The notes under the pieces were generated by a model that worked only from the letters and a program-made list of their open reading frames with translations, was not told the DNA's origin and searched no databases. The position numbers were made by a program, and so were the translations under genes. Positions 1 through 12,995 of a DNA stretch of 64,000 nucleotides are shown here, in pieces. How positions within the stretch are numbered: position 1 is the first letter of the stretch; every line of letters begins with the position of its first letter. Source of the stretch: an uncultured bacterium (GTDB lineage Bacteria; Zixibacteria; MSB-5A5; GN15; FEB-12); assembly GCA_965372795.1 (NCBI GenBank), contig CBDVDR010000015.1:1-64000 (forward strand). Reading direction: 5' to 3'.

Positions 1-578
1 CTGAACGCGACAAAGACAAAGCCTTCCTTCTTCCGGTTGAAGATGTATTTTCAATAACCGGTCGTGGAACTGTTGCCACCGGTCGTGTTGACCGTGGTGT
101 TGTAAATCAGGGTGATACCGTCGAGATCATTGGTATTCGTGATACCCGCAAGACTGTTGTCACTGGTGTTGAGATGTTCCGTAAGTTATTAGACTATGCC
201 GAAGCGGGAGATAATGTTGGATTATTGCTTCGTGGTGTAGATAAAGATGAGATTGAGCGTGGAATGGTTATTGCTGCTCCAGGATCAATAACTCCTCATA
301 CGAAGTTTAAAGGTGAAGTATATATCTTGAACAAAGAAGAGGGTGGTCGTCACACACCATTCTTTACAGGTTATCGTCCTCAGTTTTACTTCCGTACAAC
401 GGATGTGACTGGTGTGGCTCATTTACCTGAAGGTGTCGAGATGATCATGCCGGGTGATAATGTCACTATGACAGTGGAGTTAATAACTCCGATCGCTTTG
501 GAAAAAGAATTACGTTTTGCGATACGTGAAGGCGGCCGTACAGTCGGTGCCGGAGTTGTATCGGAAGTTATAGAATAA
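1..578 (+). CDS. tuf: Elongation factor Tu, copy 1 (5' end outside window)
   Basis: Frame open from base 3 ([24 protein letters not shown]...[10 protein letters not shown]); protein identical to the C-terminal part of the full tuf at 15287-16495. Confidence 0.99.
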   Translation, partial: ERDKDKAFLLPVEDVFSITGRGTVATGRVDRGVVNQGDTVEIIGIRDTRKTVVTGVEMFRKLLDYAEAGDNVGLLLRGVDKDEIERGMVIAAPGSITPHTKFKGEVYILNKEEGGRHTPFFTGYRPQFYFRTTDVTGVAHLPEGVEMIMPGDNVTMTVELITPIALEKELRFAIREGGRTVGAGVVSEVIE

Positions 579-617
579 TAGATAATATAGAGAGCAACCT
601 TAAACAGTTGAATTGCA

Positions 618-770
618 ATGTCAAGAGATAGAGTTATCCTAGCCTGTGGTGAGTGTAAGAGACGGAATTACTATACCCAAAAAAACAAACGGCTTCATCC
701 GGAGCGCGTTGAGTATAGTAAGTTTTGTCCATATTGCAACAAACGCACCGCACATAAAGAAACAAGGTAA
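618..770 (+). CDS. rpmG: 50S ribosomal protein L33 (Zn-ribbon C+ form)
   Basis: Translated by hand: [50 protein letters not shown]; canonical tuf-rpmG-tRNA-Trp-secE position; not in ORF track. Confidence 0.97.
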   Translation: MSRDRVILACGECKRRNYYTQKNKRLHPERVEYSKFCPYCNKRTAHKETR

Positions 771-780
771 AATACCTTAC

Positions 781-854
781 AGGCCAGTAGCTCTAATTGG
801 TAGAGCGCCGGTCTCCAAAACCGGATGCTGGGGGTTCGAGTCCCTCCTGGCCTG
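781..854 (+). tRNA. tRNA-Trp(CCA)
   Basis: Acceptor AGGCCAG/CTGGCCT, anticodon arm CCGGT-CTCCAAA-ACCGG, T-loop GTTCGAGTC; CCA end not encoded. Confidence 0.97.
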
Positions 855-883
855 CAATGAATTAAATAAGTAAGAGTGTTGAC

Positions 884-1081
884 TTGGAAAAATTTATAAA
901 ATTTTTGAAGGAAGTAGTTGCCGAACTTAGAAAAGCAACTTGGCCAACAAAAGACGAACTGATTGGTTCAACGATTGTAACGATTGTTGTTTCAGTTATT
1001 ATAGCAATCTTTATTGGAATAGTTGACCGGATATTGACTCTGATTATGCAGGTTATATTCGGTGGCGGCGTTGGAGGTTAA
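884..1081 (+). CDS. secE: Preprotein translocase SecE
   Basis: ELRKATWPT motif plus one TM helix; upstream of nusG; TTG start. Confidence 0.96.
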   Translation: MEKFIKFLKEVVAELRKATWPTKDELIGSTIVTIVVSVIIAIFIGIVDRILTLIMQVIFGGGVGG

Positions 1082-1087
1082 TAAACC

Positions 1088-1627
1088 ATGGCACTTCGTT
1101 GGTATGTTGTTCATACATATTCCGGTCATGAGCAGAAGGTAAAAAGATACCTTGAGTCGGCTATTATTAATGGCGGGCTTGAAGAGTTTTTTGGCCAGGT
1201 ATTGGTTCCGACAGAAGAAGTTACTGAGATGAAGGGCGGTAAAAGATCTACTTCGACGAAGAAGTTTTTACCGAGCTATATTTTAGTCGAGGTCGAACTG
1301 AATAAGCGCTCTCAGGATACAGTTGTTTCTGTTCCTGGTGTGACCAATTTTGTGGGTAGTGGTGGTAAGCCGAGCCCATTAAAAAAGGCTGAAGTCGAGC
1401 GAATTGTTGGGCAAATTGACAAGAGCCGCACTGAAGAAGTTACTGATGTCCCGTTTCATGCTGGTGATTCAGTTAAAGTTAATGATGGTCCTTTCCAGGA
1501 CTTTTCGGGAACCGTCAGTGAGGTCAATATGGAGCGTCGTAAGGTTAAAGTAATGGTCTCCATTTTTGGGCGTCCTACTCCGGTTGAGTTGGACTTTCTT
1601 CAAGTTGAATATCTAAAGAGTAAGTAA
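1088..1627 (+). CDS. nusG: Transcription antitermination factor NusG
   Basis: [12 protein letters not shown]-terminus; KOW C-terminus [14 protein letters not shown]. Confidence 0.99.
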   Translation: MALRWYVVHTYSGHEQKVKRYLESAIINGGLEEFFGQVLVPTEEVTEMKGGKRSTSTKKFLPSYILVEVELNKRSQDTVVSVPGVTNFVGSGGKPSPLKKAEVERIVGQIDKSRTEEVTDVPFHAGDSVKVNDGPFQDFSGTVSEVNMERRKVKVMVSIFGRPTPVELDFLQVEYLKSK

Positions 1628-1642
1628 GGAGAGTAGTTTAAG

Positions 1643-2065
1643 GTGGCTAAAAAAATAACAGGATATATTAAACTCCAAATCCCCGCAGGCAAGGCTAACC
1701 CGGCTCCTCCGGTAGGTCCGGCCCTCGGTCAGCGCGGAGTCAATATTATGGAATTTTGCAAAGCATTTAATGCTTCTACGCAAAGTGGAAACGGTATCCT
1801 GACACCAGTTGTAATAACCGTATTTTCGGATAAATCTTTCAGTTATATTACTAAAACTCCACCCGCATCAACCCTATTGAGAATTGCTGCTAAAGTTCCA
1901 AAAGGCTCAGGAGTTCCTAACAAAGATAAAGTTGGTAATGTAACTAAAGATCAGGTTCGTGAAATTGCTGAAAAGAAAATGGCTGATTTAAATGCTACGT
2001 CAATTGAATCAGCAATGTTAATGATAGAAGGTACTGCTCGCTCGATGGGAATCGTGGTTCAGTAG
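1643..2065 (+). CDS. rplK: 50S ribosomal protein L11
   Basis: [15 protein letters not shown] motif. Confidence 0.99.
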   Translation: MAKKITGYIKLQIPAGKANPAPPVGPALGQRGVNIMEFCKAFNASTQSGNGILTPVVITVFSDKSFSYITKTPPASTLLRIAAKVPKGSGVPNKDKVGNVTKDQVREIAEKKMADLNATSIESAMLMIEGTARSMGIVVQ

Positions 2066-2121
2066 CTCAAAACTTTTATTCGTTATACCTGGTTGTTATA
2101 TGCATCCAGGGAGAGTAGGAA

Positions 2122-2826
2122 ATGAAACATTCAAAGAAATTTAATGATTACCTCACAAAGGTAGACCGCACAACTCGCCTTTCTCTCGGTGTAGCTATTA
2201 CTGCAATCAAAGAGAATCATTACGTAAAGTTTGATGAATCAATTGAAGTCGTTGTTCGTTTAGGCGTTAATCCTAAACATGCCGACCAGATGGTTCGTGG
2301 GACTGTCTCGTTACCTAATGGTACCGGTAAGACAGTTAGAGTTGCTGTTTTTGCAGTTGGTGAAAAAGCTGAAGAGGCTACTGCTGCAGGCGCCGATTTT
2401 GTCGGCGGTGAAGATTTGGCTGCTAAAGTAAAAGGTGGCTGGACAGAATTTGATGTAGCTGTTGCTACACCAGATATGATGAGAGTCTTAGGACCTCTCG
2501 GTAAAATTTTAGGACCCAGAGGATTGATGCCGAATCCGAAAACCGGCACAGTTACTATGGATGTTACCCGTGCTATAAATGAAGTTAAAGGCGGAAGAAT
2601 TGAGTTTCGCGTCGATAAGCAGGCTAATATTGCTGCTGCTGTTGGAAAAATATCCTTCGATGCGGACAAAATTGAAGAAAACGTTCTGGCTTTTTTAGAT
2701 GCTTTGATGAAAGCTAAACCTGCTGCAGCGAAGGGTGCATATTTACTTAGTGCTTCGATTTGCTCAACTATGAGCCCAGGTTTTAAATTGGACCATCACG
2801 AAATTATAGCAACCCTTAAGAAGTAA
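2122..2826 (+). CDS. rplA: 50S ribosomal protein L1
   Basis: LGPRGLMPNPKTGTVT motif. Confidence 0.99.
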   Translation: MKHSKKFNDYLTKVDRTTRLSLGVAITAIKENHYVKFDESIEVVVRLGVNPKHADQMVRGTVSLPNGTGKTVRVAVFAVGEKAEEATAAGADFVGGEDLAAKVKGGWTEFDVAVATPDMMRVLGPLGKILGPRGLMPNPKTGTVTMDVTRAINEVKGGRIEFRVDKQANIAAAVGKISFDADKIEENVLAFLDALMKAKPAAAKGAYLLSASICSTMSPGFKLDHHEIIATLKK

Positions 2827-2845
2827 TTGAGAAGGAATTAGAATA

Positions 2846-3370
2846 ATGCCGAACCCGGAAAAAATACAAGCTGTAGCTGAGATGAAACAGCTGTTCGAAG
2901 ATTCGAACACCTTTTTTATCACTGAATATCAAGGGCTTAATGTCTCAGATATGAATAGTCTGAGAAAAGACCTCACGGCTAATAATGTAAGATATTTAAT
3001 TGCTAAAAATACTTTGATGAGAATTGCTGCTAAAGAAGCCGGATTAGATCAATTAACTGAATTTATGACCGGACCGACTGCAATCGCATTTACAAGCGAT
3101 GAGCCGGCAGTTGCTGCAAAAATTCTTAATGATTCTTTTAAAGATAAAGAATTACCAATAATGCGGGCGTTTTATCTTGATGATACCTTATTTCAAGGTG
3201 CCGAGATATCACGTTTAGCGGATCTTCCTCCAAAAGATATCTTATTATCTCAGGTGGTCGCTGCTGTTGAAGCTCCATTTAGTGAACTCGTTGGATCATT
3301 GGATGGATTTTTCAGGGAATTAATTGGTTCAGTTGATGCTTTGAAAGAAAAAAGAGAAACTGAAGGATAA
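2846..3370 (+). CDS. rplJ: 50S ribosomal protein L10
   Basis: EYQGLNV...AKNTL...GPTAIAF pattern; between rplA and rplL. Confidence 0.97.
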   Translation: MPNPEKIQAVAEMKQLFEDSNTFFITEYQGLNVSDMNSLRKDLTANNVRYLIAKNTLMRIAAKEAGLDQLTEFMTGPTAIAFTSDEPAVAAKILNDSFKDKELPIMRAFYLDDTLFQGAEISRLADLPPKDILLSQVVAAVEAPFSELVGSLDGFFRELIGSVDALKEKRETEG

Positions 3371-3498
3371 ATTAAGGAACCTTACCGAGTAACTTTTACC
3401 ATTGCTTCTACCCGACATGGTTCCGTTGGTGTGGTAAAGGAAAGCTCATATAAATGAGAATAAGTTATTAATAACCAATAAGATGCGAGGAATTTAAA

Positions 3499-3876
3499 GT
3501 GTCTAACCCGGTGATTGAAGAAATTGTAGAGAAAATCTCTGCACTAAGTGCTATGGATCTTGCTGATCTGTCAAAAGCTATTCAGGATAAATTTGGCGTA
3601 ACTGCTGCTGCCCCTGTTGCTATGGCTATGCCAGGTGCTGGTGGAGCTGCTGAAGTCGAAGAACAGACTGAATTTAATGTAGTTTTAAATGGTGCTGGTG
3701 ATAAAAAGATCCAGGTCATTAAAGTTGTACGCGAACTTACCACTTTAGGCTTAAAAGAAGCCAAAGATTTAGTCGAAAGTGCCCCGACAAACGTGCTTGA
3801 AGGCGTCTCAAAAGACGATGCTGAAAAAGCCAAAGGGAAAATCGAAGATGTCGGCGGACTTGTAGAAGTTAAATAA
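3499..3876 (+). CDS. rplL: 50S ribosomal protein L7/L12
   Basis: [24 protein letters not shown] motif. Confidence 0.99.
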   Translation: MSNPVIEEIVEKISALSAMDLADLSKAIQDKFGVTAAAPVAMAMPGAGGAAEVEEQTEFNVVLNGAGDKKIQVIKVVRELTTLGLKEAKDLVESAPTNVLEGVSKDDAEKAKGKIEDVGGLVEVK

Positions 3877-3895
3877 TTGGGATTAAATTCCTATT

Positions 3896-3935
3896 TGGTC
3901 GGGAACTTTATTAGTTCTCGACCAGTTTAATTTTT
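3896..3935 (+). terminator. Terminator/attenuator-like hairpin between rplL and rpoB
   Basis: TGGTCGGGAACT-ttatt-AGTTCTCGACCA 12-bp stem (one G-U) followed by GTTTAATTTTT. Confidence 0.6.
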
Positions 3936-4125
3936 GTATTAATAAATAATCCCCAGTTCTTGTTTATTGGGTTGATTGACTGTAGTTGACGCTCCCAAGA
4001 ATTGGGAGAATGATGGAATAAATGACAGTATCGCCTGAATTGAAAAAATATACTCTAATACTGAAGCCCAGTTTGCGGTTGGTGCCGAAATCTGTGGTTT
4101 TTGTTTATTTGAGGAGGGTGTTGGC

Positions 4126-7100
4126 TTGGCCAAAACAGGTTTAGTCTCGAGAGAGACTTATGGGTCTGTGACTGATATTGAGAAAATGCCTAATTTTCTT
4201 GATGTTCAAAAAACGTCACATGACGAATTTTTACAACCTTATGTAGTTCCCAGCAAAAGGGAAATGAAAGGGTTGCACAAAATATTTTCGGATATTTTTC
4301 CTGTAACTGATATTCACGAAAAATATACTCTGGAATATGTAGGGTACCATCTTGGTCCCCGGAGATATTCTTTAAAAGAGTGTCGTGAGAGAAATATGAC
4401 CTACGCTGCTCCGTTGCGGGTAACAATGCGTCTTATTCTCAGGGAAGGTGACGGGGAAGAAAAAGAAGTTAAGGATATAATTGAACAGGATGTTTATCTT
4501 GGTGAATTACCAGTTATAACCGAATGGGGAACATTTATTATAAACGGTGCCGAACGAGTTATCGTCAGTCAGTTGCATCGTAGTCCGGGTGTATTCTTTT
4601 CATCCGACGTTCATCCTAACGGTAAAAATTTATATTCTGCCCGAATTATCCCATATCGCGGAAGTTGGATTGAATTCAGCACAGATATCAATGATATTAT
4701 GTATATCTTTATTGATACCAAACGGAAAATTCCTGCAACAACTTTATTGCGAGCAATAGGTTATTCTTCTGACTTAGATTTAGTAGGCTTATTTCACAAA
4801 ATTGAAAATCTGCACCTTAAAGGTAAAAGAGCTGCTTCTATTGTTGGATGTTACTTAGCTGAATCGATCATTGATAATGAAACCGGTGAGGTTGTTTTCT
4901 CAACCGGTGAAATGCTTACTGATGAATTAGTAGAAAAATTGCTTGAAGCAGGTCACAAGGCTGTAAAGGTCGTGCGTAAAGAAGAAAAACGAGAAGTACT
5001 TGTAATATTAAATACAATTAAAAAAGACCCTACCACAACGCGCGAAGAAGCATTATTTAAATTGTATTCTTTACTTCGTCCGGGTGAACCGCCAACAATC
5101 GAAATGGCGGAAACCTTACTCGACAAATATTTCTTCCATACCAAACGATATGATCTTGGTCATGTTGGCCGTCATATGATTAATCAACGTCTGGGGATGG
5201 ATGAACCGCTTGATAAATCAGTTTTAGATAAAGATGATTTTATTTGTATAGTAAAATATTTACTTACACTTTGTAACGAAAAAGGGTTTACCGATGACAT
5301 CGATCATCTTGGAAACCGTCGTGTTCGTACTGTCGGTGAATTACTTGCAAATCTTTTCTCGGTAGCTTTAACTCGAGTAGCCAGAACAATCCGCGAACGT
5401 CTTTCCTTGAAAGATCAGGAAAATGTCACTCCACAACTTTTGGTTAACGCTCGTACAGTTTCATCAGTTGTGGAAACTTTCTTTGGTTCCTCACAGCTGT
5501 CTCAGTTTATGGATCAAACCAATCCTCTCTCAGAATTAACCCACAAAAGAAGACTGTCAGCTCTTGGACCGGGTGGTTTGACCAGAGAACGTGCCGGCTT
5601 TGAAGTCCGTGACGTTCATCATACTCATTATGGCCGTATGTGTCCGATTGAGACTCCTGAGGGTCCGAACATCGGATTGATAACTTCCTTAGCAACTTTT
5701 GCACGAGTAAACCGTTTCGGATTTATTGAGACTCCTTATCGAAAAGTTACCAAAGGTAAAGTTACCAACGAAACCGTATATTTGTCGGCTGATGAAGAAG
5801 ACCGATATTTTATTGCACCTTGCAGTGAATTGATTGATGAAAAAGGACATTTCATCAATAAAGAAGTTACTGTGCGACGACGTTCAGATTATCCGGTAGT
5901 GAAACCTGAAGAGGTTCAATACATTGATATTTCCCCACGCCAGATTGTTTCAGTGGCTGCTTCGTTGATTCCTTTTCTTGAACATGATGATGCTAACCGT
6001 GCCTTGATGGGATCAAACATGCAACGTCAGGCGCTTCCTTTACTTAAAGCCCAGTCTCCATATGTGGGGACCGGAATGGAAGCTAAGGCTGCCTCCGATG
6101 CCGGAGCTGTTGTAAAAGTTTCTGAGTCCGGTGAGGTTGTTAAAGTCGATTGTGAAAAGGTTGTTATTCGACCCGATCTAAAACATGGATTAGGAAAACT
6201 TGGCTATAGTGAAGATGTCGAGTATGAATTGATTAAGTTTACAAGATCCAATCAGGACACCTGTGTTAATTTCAACCCAGTTGTCAAAGTTGGTGATATT
6301 GTAAAAATAGGTGATATTATTGCCGACGGTCCGGCCGTTGAGCGGGGCGAACTTGCTCTTGGTTATAATGTGCTGGTAGCTTTCATGCCCTGGCGCGGAT
6401 ACAACTTTGAAGATGCTATAATTCTTTCGGAAGACTTAGTTCGTAAAGATATTTATACATCAATTCATATTGAAGAGTATGAACTTCAGGTTCGAGATAC
6501 CAAGCGCGGTTCTGAAGAAATTACCCGTGAAATTCCCAATGTTTCTGAAGAAGCTCTTTTAAATCTTGATGAAAATGGAATCGTCAGAGTTGGAGCCGAA
6601 GTCGAAGCTGGAGATATTTTAGTTGGTAAAGTCACACCAAAAGGTGAAACCGAACTTTCTCCTGAAGAGCGTCTGTTAAGGGCTATCTTTGGTGAAAAAG
6701 CCGGTGATGTTCGTGATGCCAGTTTAAAGGCGCCTCCGGGAATGAAGGGCGTTGTTATTAATACTTCTGTCTTTACAAGAAAAGAAAGAACAGAAGAAGC
6801 AAAGAAACTGGAAAAGACTCTTTCAGCCGAAATAAAGAAGACTTATACTAAGAATATAAATGATATCAAAGTTCTCCGTAATAAAAAAATCGGTGAACTG
6901 CTTGATGATAAAACTTCAAACACTCTTCGTTCAATTGTTGATAATTCTGTTGCTGTCCGTTCCGGACATAAATACAAAGCTGAGTTTTTTGAGAACTTCG
7001 ATTTTGACAACACGGTTGCTCCTGACGGTTACACTAATGATGAAACCACAAATAAGCATGTTGCCTCTCTAATCGCTGAAGCTTTCGAATTAATCAATGC

Positions 7101-7896
7101 TAAAAAACAGAAGATGGAAATTGAAGTTGATAAAATTATACGTGGAGCAGAACTCTCACCGGGAGTAAAGCAGCTGGTCAAGGTCACAATTGCAATCCGT
7201 CGTAAGATTTCAGTTGGTGATAAAATGGCTGGTCGCCATGGAAACAAAGGTGTTGTTTCAAAACTGGTTCCTATTGAAGATCTTCCGTTTATGGAAGATG
7301 GCACGCCGGTAGATATTATTCTAAATCCACTGGGCGTACCTTCACGTATGAACGTCGGTCAGATTTTGGAAACCCATCTCGGATGGGCAGTCAAAAAGCT
7401 GGGCATACATATTGCAACACCTGTTTTTGAAGGTGCTACTATCCAGGAAATCAAGGATAAGCTTAAAGAGGCTGGATTACCTGAAGATGGGAAAATGCAG
7501 CTTTATGATGGTATGACCGGTGCTGCCTTTGATAATCGGATTACAACCGGTTACATCTATATGCTTAAATTATCTCATCTGGTGGATGACAAAATTCACG
7601 CACGGTCGATTGGACCATACTCGCTGGTTACTCAACAGCCTTTGGGCGGTAAAGCTCAATTTGGCGGTCAGCGTTTTGGTGAGATGGAAGTTTGGGCGCT
7701 TGAAGCATATGGTGCGGCTTATACTCTCCAGGAAATGTTAACTGTTAAATCAGATGATGTTACTGGTCGAAGCCGTGTTTATGAGGCGATTGTTAAAGGT
7801 GAAAACCCGCCGGAACCAGGTTATCCGGAAGCTTTTAACGTATTAATTAAAGAACTCCAGGCATTGGGTCTGGATGTTAGGTTGCTTGAGAAATAA
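4126..7896 (+). CDS. rpoB: RNA polymerase beta subunit
   Basis: [29 protein letters not shown] and SQLSQFMDQ motifs; TTG start after GAGGAGG. Confidence 0.99.
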   Translation: MAKTGLVSRETYGSVTDIEKMPNFLDVQKTSHDEFLQPYVVPSKREMKGLHKIFSDIFPVTDIHEKYTLEYVGYHLGPRRYSLKECRERNMTYAAPLRVTMRLILREGDGEEKEVKDIIEQDVYLGELPVITEWGTFIINGAERVIVSQLHRSPGVFFSSDVHPNGKNLYSARIIPYRGSWIEFSTDINDIMYIFIDTKRKIPATTLLRAIGYSSDLDLVGLFHKIENLHLKGKRAASIVGCYLAESIIDNETGEVVFSTGEMLTDELVEKLLEAGHKAVKVVRKEEKREVLVILNTIKKDPTTTREEALFKLYSLLRPGEPPTIEMAETLLDKYFFHTKRYDLGHVGRHMINQRLGMDEPLDKSVLDKDDFICIVKYLLTLCNEKGFTDDIDHLGNRRVRTVGELLANLFSVALTRVARTIRERLSLKDQENVTPQLLVNARTVSSVVETFFGSSQLSQFMDQTNPLSELTHKRRLSALGPGGLTRERAGFEVRDVHHTHYGRMCPIETPEGPNIGLITSLATFARVNRFGFIETPYRKVTKGKVTNETVYLSADEEDRYFIAPCSELIDEKGHFINKEVTVRRRSDYPVVKPEEVQYIDISPRQIVSVAASLIPFLEHDDANRALMGSNMQRQALPLLKAQSPYVGTGMEAKAASDAGAVVKVSESGEVVKVDCEKVVIRPDLKHGLGKLGYSEDVEYELIKFTRSNQDTCVNFNPVVKVGDIVKIGDIIADGPAVERGELALGYNVLVAFMPWRGYNFEDAIILSEDLVRKDIYTSIHIEEYELQVRDTKRGSEEITREIPNVSEEALLNLDENGIVRVGAEVEAGDILVGKVTPKGETELSPEERLLRAIFGEKAGDVRDASLKAPPGMKGVVINTSVFTRKERTEEAKKLEKTLSAEIKKTYTKNINDIKVLRNKKIGELLDDKTSNTLRSIVDNSVAVRSGHKYKAEFFENFDFDNTVAPDGYTNDETTNKHVASLIAEAFELINAKKQKMEIEVDKIIRGAELSPGVKQLVKVTIAIRRKISVGDKMAGRHGNKGVVSKLVPIEDLPFMEDGTPVDIILNPLGVPSRMNVGQILETHLGWAVKKLGIHIATPVFEGATIQEIKDKLKEAGLPEDGKMQLYDGMTGAAFDNRITTGYIYMLKLSHLVDDKIHARSIGPYSLVTQQPLGGKAQFGGQRFGEMEVWALEAYGAAYTLQEMLTVKSDDVTGRSRVYEAIVKGENPPEPGYPEAFNVLIKELQALGLDVRLLEK

Positions 7897-7960
7897 TCAA
7901 GCGGTTAGTATTAGTAAACAATTCGTTTTTGGACGGACGATTGTAATAAAGGAGTGATTG

Positions 7961-10900
7961 ATGGTCGACATGTTTGCAAATCAGGGACCTCAAAAAACTG
8001 CTGAGTTTGGAGCGATCCAAATTCAAATAGCATCTCCGGAAGTTATCCTCTCCTGGTCGTATGGAGAAGTTACAAAACCGGAGACTATTAACTACCGTTC
8101 TTTTAAGCCGGAACGTGATGGATTATTCTGTGAAAGAATTTTTGGACCGGTTAAAGATTGGGAATGTAATTGCGGGAAATATAAACGCATTCGTTTCCGT
8201 GGTATTGTTTGTGACAGGTGTGGTGTTGAAGTCACCCAGTCCAAAGTTCGCCGTGAGCGGATGGGACATATTGAACTTGCAGTTCCTGTAACGCATATTT
8301 GGTATTTTAAATCTCTGCCTTCAAGGATTGGTCATTTATTAGGCTTGTCGATTCGGGCCTTGGAAAAAATTCTTTATTATGAGAATTATATAATGATCGA
8401 CCCGGGTAATACCTCTTTTGAAGAGGGAGATGTTCTGACTGAAGAAGAATTTAATGATCTTGAAGATGCTGGAAAAACATTTGAAGCCAATATGGGCGCC
8501 GAAGCTGTTATTAGCTTACTCAAAAAAATTGACATTGATGAAGTTGCGGTGACTTTACGGGCTCAGGCAAAGGTTGAAACATCTGTTCAGCGAAAAAAAG
8601 ATGTTTTAAAGCGTTTGAAAATTATTGAATCATTCCGCCAGTCCAATAACCGTCCTGAATGGATGGTATTAAAAGTTATTCCGGTAATTCCCCCGGATCT
8701 TCGTCCACTGGTACCGCTGGAAGGCGGCAGATTTGCAACGTCCGATTTGAATGATCTTTATCGTCGGGTTATTAACCGTAATAACCGGCTTAAAAAATTA
8801 TTAGATATTCAAGCTCCTGAAGTAATTCTTCGCAATGAAAAAAGAATGCTCCAGGAAGCTGTTGATGCATTGATGGATAATGGCCGTCGAACTCACTCTG
8901 TTCGCGGAGATTCCAAGCGCCCGTTAAAATCCTTGTCAGACCTTCTAAAAGGTAAACAGGGACGTTTCCGGCAGAATCTGCTTGGTAAACGTGTTGATTA
9001 TTCCGGACGTTCAGTTATTGTTGTTGGTCCTGAACTTCAACTCCATCAGTGTGGATTACCCAAAAATATGGCTTTAGAGCTGTTCAAGCCTTTCATTATT
9101 ATGAAATTGGAAGAAAAAGGTTATGTGCAGACCGTTAAATCAGCTAAGAAGCTGGTAGAAAAAGAACGTCCTGAAGTTTGGGATATTCTTGAGGAGATCA
9201 TCGAAGATCATCCGGTTATGTTAAACCGCGCTCCAACTCTTCATCGATTGGGTATCCAGGCCTTTTTCCCGGTATTAGTTGAAGGTAAAGCTATCCGTCT
9301 TCATCCTCTGGTTTGTGCTGCTTTTAATGCTGACTTTGATGGTGATCAGATGGCGGTTCATGTCCCATTATCTTTTGAAGCACAGCTTGAGGCTCGGGTA
9401 TTAATGCTCGCCTCAAATAATATTATTCTTCCGTCTTCAGGTCGACCGATTGCAATTCCTTCTCAGGATATCGTTCTCGGATGTTATTACCTGACGAAAG
9501 TGCGCGAAAATAAAAAAGCTAAATTATTGTGTTTCCATTCTGTCGATGAAGCACTGGCTGCTTATCATCGCCAATTAATAGATTTACACACGATATGCAA
9601 AGTTCGCATAGATAAACAGTTGGTCGAGACAACAACTGGCAGAATGATTTTTAATAATATTCTACCATCCCAAATATCCTTTTTCAATGATGTCGCCAAC
9701 CGGGGTAAACTTGAAGGTCTCATTAGTGAATCATTCTTATCGCTTGGTCAGGATGAAACCGTTAGTTTCCTTGATCGATTGAAAAGATTGGGCTTTGAAT
9801 ACGCTACTATTGCTGGAGCGACAGTCTCTATTGATGATCTGGTAATTCCTGAAAAGAAAACCGAAATCATTGAAGAGGCTCAAAGTGATATAAATAAAAT
9901 TCAGAAATTATACGAGAAGGGTGTTATTACAAACTCTGAACGTTATAATAAAGTAATTGATACTTGGACTCATGTTACAAGTAAAGTCTCGGATGTTATG
10001 TTCAGCAATCTCGCCAAAGAAAAACAGGGTTTTAACCCGGTCTTTATGATGGCAGATTCCGGTGCCCGTGGTTCTAAAGAGCAAATTCGTCAGCTTGCCG
10101 GTATGCGTGGATTGATGGCAAAACCTCAGAAAAAAATTACCGGTGGTGTTGGTGAAATTATTGAAAATCCAATTACCGCTAACTTCCGCGAAGGTCTTTC
10201 GGTGCAGGAGTACTTTATCTCTACTCATGGTGCTCGTAAAGGATTGGCGGATACAGCTTTAAAAACTGCTGATGCCGGTTATCTTACTCGCCGTCTGGTT
10301 GATGTGGCTCAGGATGTTATTGTCCGCGAAAATGATTGCGGTACCATTTTGGGTATTGATGTTGCAGCCATTAAAGAGGGTGAGGAAGTAATTGAGTCAC
10401 TTAGAGATCGTATTTTGGGCCGGGTATCATTAGAAGATATTTATGATCCAATCTCTGATGATCTGGTTATTGAAGCCGGTTCTAATATTCATGAAGATGA
10501 AGCAGACCGGATTGATGATGCCGGAGTAGATTCAGTCAGAATTCGCTCAGTGCTTACCTGTGAGTCTCGTTATGGGATTTGTGCTGCTTGTTATGGCCGT
10601 GATTTGGCTACTATGAAACTTGTCCATATTGGTGAAGCTGTTGGCGTAATCGCCGCTCAATCAATTGGTGAACCGGGAACTCAGCTTACTCTTCGTACTT
10701 TCCATATCGGTGGTACGGCAGCCCGTATTGCTGAGGAATCTCAGTTTAAAGCCAAGCAGTCAGGTAAGGTACAACTCGTTGAAGTTCGGTTAGTTAAACG
10801 TCAGGACGGAACCTCAATGGTAGTCAGTCGCGAAGGTGTTGGTGAAGCTAATATTATTGACGACAAAGAACGTGTTCGGGGTCGTTTAGACCTGCCTTAC

Positions 10901-12067
10901 GGCGCTCATTTAATGGTAGAAGATGGACAGGAAATTAACAAAGGTGACGTGATTTACGAATGGGATCCTTACACCAGAACTATCTTGAGTGAGAAAAAGG
11001 GTAAAGTTAAATTTAGAGATATCATCAAAGATGTTTCAATTCGTGAAGCCATTGATGAACAAACCGGTCTATTACAAACAATTGTAATTGATACCAAGGA
11101 TAAAACACTTTTCCCGACTATTTTGATTGAAAAAGAGGATAAAACCGTTGCCAGTTACCGGATTCCGACTGATGCTCAAATTCAGGTAGAAGATGGACAG
11201 GATCTTAATCCTGGTGATGTAATGGTTAAAATTCCTCGTGTTATTTCTAAATCCCGTGATATTACCGGTGGTCTGCCACGTGTTGCCGAGCTATTTGAAG
11301 CTCGACGTCCGCATGATCCGGCTGAAATTGCCAAAGTAGACGGTGAAGTTGAATTTGGCAAGATCGTCCGTTCTCAGCAGCAGCTTATTATTCATGGTGA
11401 CCAGGAAGAAGTTCACGAATGTCTGATTCCACATGGTAAACATATGATGGTTCATGAAGGTGACCGGGTAAGAGCCGGTGACAGGCTTTGTGAAGGAGCC
11501 ATCGACCCTCAGGATATTCTGCTCGTTATGGGTGACCAGGATGTGCAGCAGTATCTTGTGAATGAAATTCAGGAAGTTTACCGTCTTCAGGGCGTGAAAA
11601 TCAATGATAAGCATATTGAAGTCATCGTTAAACAAATGATGCAAAAAGTCCAGGTTAATGGAGTCGGAGACACTAATTTCCTTGAAAGCGAGAGAGTCGA
11701 CAAACTTAAATTTGCCGATGAAAATGCTCGTGTAATCGCTGAAGGTGGCGAACCGGCTACAGCCGAATCTCTCCTGCTGGGTATTACAAAATCGTCATTA
11801 TCTACTGACAGTTTTATCTCTGCAGCTTCATTCCAGGAAACCACCAAGGTCTTGACCGAGGCGGCTATTTCCGGAAAAATCGATAACCTGCTTGGACTTA
11901 AAGAAAACGTTATTATTGGTCATCTGATCCCGGCTGGTACCGGAATTGAGAAATATAAAGGTATAGAAGTTATTCATCCTGAAGAGGACGCCGAGCCAGA
12001 GCTTGTCGAGGAATCAGGTGAACTAAGTGAGTCAACAGTAGTTAATATTTTTGATAAAAACTCTTGA
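7961..12067 (+). CDS. rpoC: RNA polymerase beta' subunit
   Basis: [11 protein letters not shown] catalytic motif and N-terminal Zn finger; start could be TTG 7958. Confidence 0.99.
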   Translation: MVDMFANQGPQKTAEFGAIQIQIASPEVILSWSYGEVTKPETINYRSFKPERDGLFCERIFGPVKDWECNCGKYKRIRFRGIVCDRCGVEVTQSKVRRERMGHIELAVPVTHIWYFKSLPSRIGHLLGLSIRALEKILYYENYIMIDPGNTSFEEGDVLTEEEFNDLEDAGKTFEANMGAEAVISLLKKIDIDEVAVTLRAQAKVETSVQRKKDVLKRLKIIESFRQSNNRPEWMVLKVIPVIPPDLRPLVPLEGGRFATSDLNDLYRRVINRNNRLKKLLDIQAPEVILRNEKRMLQEAVDALMDNGRRTHSVRGDSKRPLKSLSDLLKGKQGRFRQNLLGKRVDYSGRSVIVVGPELQLHQCGLPKNMALELFKPFIIMKLEEKGYVQTVKSAKKLVEKERPEVWDILEEIIEDHPVMLNRAPTLHRLGIQAFFPVLVEGKAIRLHPLVCAAFNADFDGDQMAVHVPLSFEAQLEARVLMLASNNIILPSSGRPIAIPSQDIVLGCYYLTKVRENKKAKLLCFHSVDEALAAYHRQLIDLHTICKVRIDKQLVETTTGRMIFNNILPSQISFFNDVANRGKLEGLISESFLSLGQDETVSFLDRLKRLGFEYATIAGATVSIDDLVIPEKKTEIIEEAQSDINKIQKLYEKGVITNSERYNKVIDTWTHVTSKVSDVMFSNLAKEKQGFNPVFMMADSGARGSKEQIRQLAGMRGLMAKPQKKITGGVGEIIENPITANFREGLSVQEYFISTHGARKGLADTALKTADAGYLTRRLVDVAQDVIVRENDCGTILGIDVAAIKEGEEVIESLRDRILGRVSLEDIYDPISDDLVIEAGSNIHEDEADRIDDAGVDSVRIRSVLTCESRYGICAACYGRDLATMKLVHIGEAVGVIAAQSIGEPGTQLTLRTFHIGGTAARIAEESQFKAKQSGKVQLVEVRLVKRQDGTSMVVSREGVGEANIIDDKERVRGRLDLPYGAHLMVEDGQEINKGDVIYEWDPYTRTILSEKKGKVKFRDIIKDVSIREAIDEQTGLLQTIVIDTKDKTLFPTILIEKEDKTVASYRIPTDAQIQVEDGQDLNPGDVMVKIPRVISKSRDITGGLPRVAELFEARRPHDPAEIAKVDGEVEFGKIVRSQQQLIIHGDQEEVHECLIPHGKHMMVHEGDRVRAGDRLCEGAIDPQDILLVMGDQDVQQYLVNEIQEVYRLQGVKINDKHIEVIVKQMMQKVQVNGVGDTNFLESERVDKLKFADENARVIAEGGEPATAESLLLGITKSSLSTDSFISAASFQETTKVLTEAAISGKIDNLLGLKENVIIGHLIPAGTGIEKYKGIEVIHPEEDAEPELVEESGELSESTVVNIFDKNS

Positions 12068-12092
12068 CTTAAATTGTGAAACTAGATAAATT
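12064..12092 (+). promoter_or_regulatory. Putative sigma70 promoter of the str operon
   Basis: TTGACT-17 bp-TAAATT overlapping the rpoC stop, ~45 bp before rpsL. Confidence 0.5.
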
Positions 12093-12136
12093 GCGAATCT
12101 GTATAAAAAATATGAGCATGAATCACAGGAGTTAAA

Positions 12137-12511
12137 TTGCCGACTATTAGTCAACTGATACGAAAAGGCCGAACCCGGATTATTGAAAAAACCAATACCC
12201 CGGCGATGGGAGCCTGTCCACAAAAAAGAGGCGTGTGTACCAGAGTGTATACATCAACCCCAAAAAAGCCGAACTCGGCTCTGAGAAAAGTAGCCCGTGT
12301 TAGACTGACTAATAAAATTGAAGTTACGGCATATATTCCTGGTGAAGGTCATAATTTGCAGGAGCATTCCATTGTTATGATCCGTGGTGGTCGTATTAAG
12401 GATTTACCGGGTGTTAGATACCACATTATTCGTGGTGTCATGGACACAGCCGGTGTTGCTGATAGAAAGAACAGTCGCTCAAAATATGGAACAAAAAAAC
12501 CTAAAGGGTAA
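12137..12511 (+). CDS. rpsL: 30S ribosomal protein S12
   Basis: [11 protein letters not shown] and DLPGVRYH motifs. Confidence 0.99.
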   Translation: MPTISQLIRKGRTRIIEKTNTPAMGACPQKRGVCTRVYTSTPKKPNSALRKVARVRLTNKIEVTAYIPGEGHNLQEHSIVMIRGGRIKDLPGVRYHIIRGVMDTAGVADRKNSRSKYGTKKPKG

Positions 12512-12524
12512 TTAACGGTTTCTT

Positions 12525-12995
12525 ATGTCAAGACGTAAAAGAGCACCAAAAAGAGATGTGGTATTAGACCACAAATACAGCGATAAATTGATTTCTCAAT
12601 TTGTTTCTTGTTTAATGGAGCACGGAAAGCGTTCTACTGCTGAGAATATTTTATATGATGCTATAGATGCTATCACTAAAAGTTCTGATGAGAACGGTCT
12701 GGAATTATTCCACAAGGCTGTTAGTAATGTAAAGCCGGTCCTCGAAGTAAGATCTCGTCGAGTCGGTGGCGCAACTTATCAGGTGCCGATTGAAGTGCGC
12801 CCTGATAGGAGAACCGCACTGGCGATTCGCTGGCTGATCCTTTATGCAAAAGGTCGCGGTGGTAATACAATGGCTGATAAATTGTCGGCTGAATTTTCAT
12901 CCGCTATCAATGCTGAAGGCGGAGCTATTAAAAAGCGTGAAGATACCCATAAAATGGCTGAAGCTAACAAAGCTTTTGCACACTTTAAGTGGTAA
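12525..12995 (+). CDS. rpsG: 30S ribosomal protein S7
   Basis: RRVGGATYQVP and HKMAEANKAFAH motifs. Confidence 0.99.
   Translation: MSRRKRAPKRDVVLDHKYSDKLISQFVSCLMEHGKRSTAENILYDAIDAITKSSDENGLELFHKAVSNVKPVLEVRSRRVGGATYQVPIEVRPDRRTALAIRWLILYAKGRGGNTMADKLSAEFSSAINAEGGAIKKREDTHKMAEANKAFAHFKW

Noticed and set aside
646..873. 75-aa ORF in the track
   Set aside because: Off-frame overlap of rpmG and tRNA-Trp.
2088..2115. CCTGG...CCAGG hairpin before rplA as an L1 autoregulatory site
   Set aside because: Position is plausible but I cannot match the L1-binding internal loop by eye.
4126..12067. Inteins, introns, frameshifts or stop-codon recoding in rpoB/rpoC and other core genes
   Set aside because: All are intact and of normal length under the standard bacterial code; TGA is used as a stop (rpoC, rpsJ).
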